A stretch of 63,246 bases of DNA, counting the filler, from Stramenopiles sp. TOSAG23-3 (Eukaryota), in assembly GCA_900128585.1 (NCBI GenBank). It is 13 parts of 13 records of this genome, joined end to end, with 100 filler letters (N's around TTAATTAATTAA, not from the genome) between each part and the next. Parts side by side here need not be neighbours in the genome. Positions count along the whole stretch, not along the records: positions 62,242 to 63,246 come from LT646735.1; 12 more parts are not named here. The stretch is one strand, 5' to 3'. The position numbers and the translations under genes are program-made. The notes below the pieces were generated by a model, which saw only the letters and a program-made list of their open reading frames with translations, made no database searches and was not told where the DNA came from. Shown piece after piece: positions 62,142 through 63,246 of this stretch. Each line of letters opens with the position of its first letter. Position 1 is the first letter of the stretch.

Positions 62142-62812
62142 NNNNNNNNNNNNNNNNNNNNNNNNNNNNNNNNNNNNNNNNNNNNTTAATTAATTAANNN
62201 NNNNNNNNNNNNNNNNNNNNNNNNNNNNNNNNNNNNNNNNNATATACACAATCAACAATAATCATAATTTTTTTTGTAGTTGTTGTTGTGTTGTTGGTGA
62301 TTTATTGATGTAATAATACCGGTATAAAAGGTAGGAAGGAAATACCAGGTATTCAACCAGGTATTAAAAAAACCCCACACTACCGCACTCTTCTTTACTA
62401 TTTTATACTAGTCAGTCATATAGTATTATAAAATATGCTAGTCTGTTCTATGTTTATGTTTAATTTAATTATTCTGTTCTTCTGTTAAAATATGATAAAT
62501 TAGATCTTTTCTTATCAATTTGTTACGCAACAATAAAGTCAAATACAATATATAATACAAAAATGTTATTCTTTAACATCATTATTTATTTGTATAATTA
62601 TTGTAATTGACATAAACACAATAGAGACTAACAATAATTTAATCAACTTCTCTCTTTTTCTATAAAAAGTTTTGTGCAAATGAAATCTCTCTCTCTAGGA
62701 CTACGTAGACTATCTGATACAATAATTAAATTTGTATTTCTTCTATATTATTTTTATGAACTTGATTTATTCAAAATTATTAAAACTACAAGTATTAGCA
62801 CTAATACGTGTA

Positions 62813-62862
62813 GAGCTTAAGCTTAAGTGCCATTTAGCTTAAGTCCATTTAAGTTTAAGTCT
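62813..62862. repeat. Short degenerate tandem of AGCTTA/CCATTT units in a gene-free AT-rich contig
   Basis: GAGCTTAAGCTTAAGTGCCATTTAGCTTAAGTCCATTTAAGTTTAAGTC. Confidence 0.6.
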
Positions 62863-63246
62863 AAATAACGGTATATTTAAAATAATAGCATTTCCATTAT
62901 TTAAGTGATATATATTAATATGTGTATATGTCTAGACGACTATCATATGGAATACCATTTTGTTTATATTATATTTTAAAGTACCAAGAAGTTTGGTAAA
63001 ATATCTTAAGATATAAATTACTTAAATTGTTACCCATACTATTGTTATTTTATTTTATAGATACTACAGTCTACTATATAGTATGATAGTTTATTTCATT
63101 GTGATTGAATTAGCTCGTCCTTCCTCCTTATTATTTAACTACGAACTAGTCGTTAAAAAAAATATTTATATTTTTCAAGCTTCTCTCACTCATGTATAGA
63201 TATAATAAATCCTCTATGCACCTAATTTAAATTGAACCTTTCGTCA

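Larger units (their letters stand above)
5476..62241. other. 12 artificial contig linkers (N44-TTAATTAATTAA-N44)
   Basis: Identical 100-nt spacers at 5476-5575, 11049-11148, 16621-16720, 22186-22285, 27748-27847, 33306-33405, 38862-38961, 44411-44510, 49958-50057, 55502-55601, 61037-61136 and 62142-62241. Contig lengths never increase along the window. 21417-21486 is a different, plain 70-N scaffold gap. Confidence 0.98.

Noticed and set aside
5476..62241. Regularly spaced TTAATTAATTAA repeats as a biological array
   Set aside because: Artificial six-frame stop linker embedded in Ns; the spacing reflects size sorting.
1..63246. Functional gene cluster or operon across the window
   Set aside because: Thirteen unlinked contigs; genes within each contig are functionally unrelated.
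62242..63246. Protein-coding or RNA gene in the last contig
   Set aside because: Very AT-rich, no ORF of 60 aa or more and no recognisable RNA motif; only intergenic motifs are present.

Overview
This is not one contiguous locus. It is 13 eukaryotic contigs joined by artificial 100-nt linkers (N44-TTAATTAATTAA-N44, stops in all six frames) and sorted by length (5475 down to 5435 bp, then two of 1005 bp), so adjacency across linkers means nothing. The DNA is gene-dense and nearly intron-free, with very AT-rich, microsatellite-laden spacers. Gene content (PEX11, GGTase-I beta, AAGAB, mitochondrial carrier, CEP164-like WW/p25-alpha, PMP-repeat and Cys-rich surface proteins, CLU, two-pore channel) suggests a heterotrophic flagellate protist, possibly a stramenopile; that is inference. 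About 30 CDS or CDS fragments are present. No CRISPR, rRNA or tRNA was seen. The best leads are: (1) recurring intergenic motifs on unrelated contigs (TAGACGACTA, tandem ATACCWGGTAT, oriented (GAAA)n arrays); (2) a near-identical upstream module ~90 bp before two unrelated neighbouring genes; (3) two unclassified dispersed repeats; (4) a mosaic surface-protein gene broken by two homopolymer insertions; (5) odd architectures such as CLU-LRR-pseudo-ribokinase, a K2P channel with a non-canonical second filter, a divergent H2B-like fold and UBA-FYR-U-box; (6) a hairpin covering both an ATG and a 5' splice site. All domain calls come from motif recognition by eye, not database searches.
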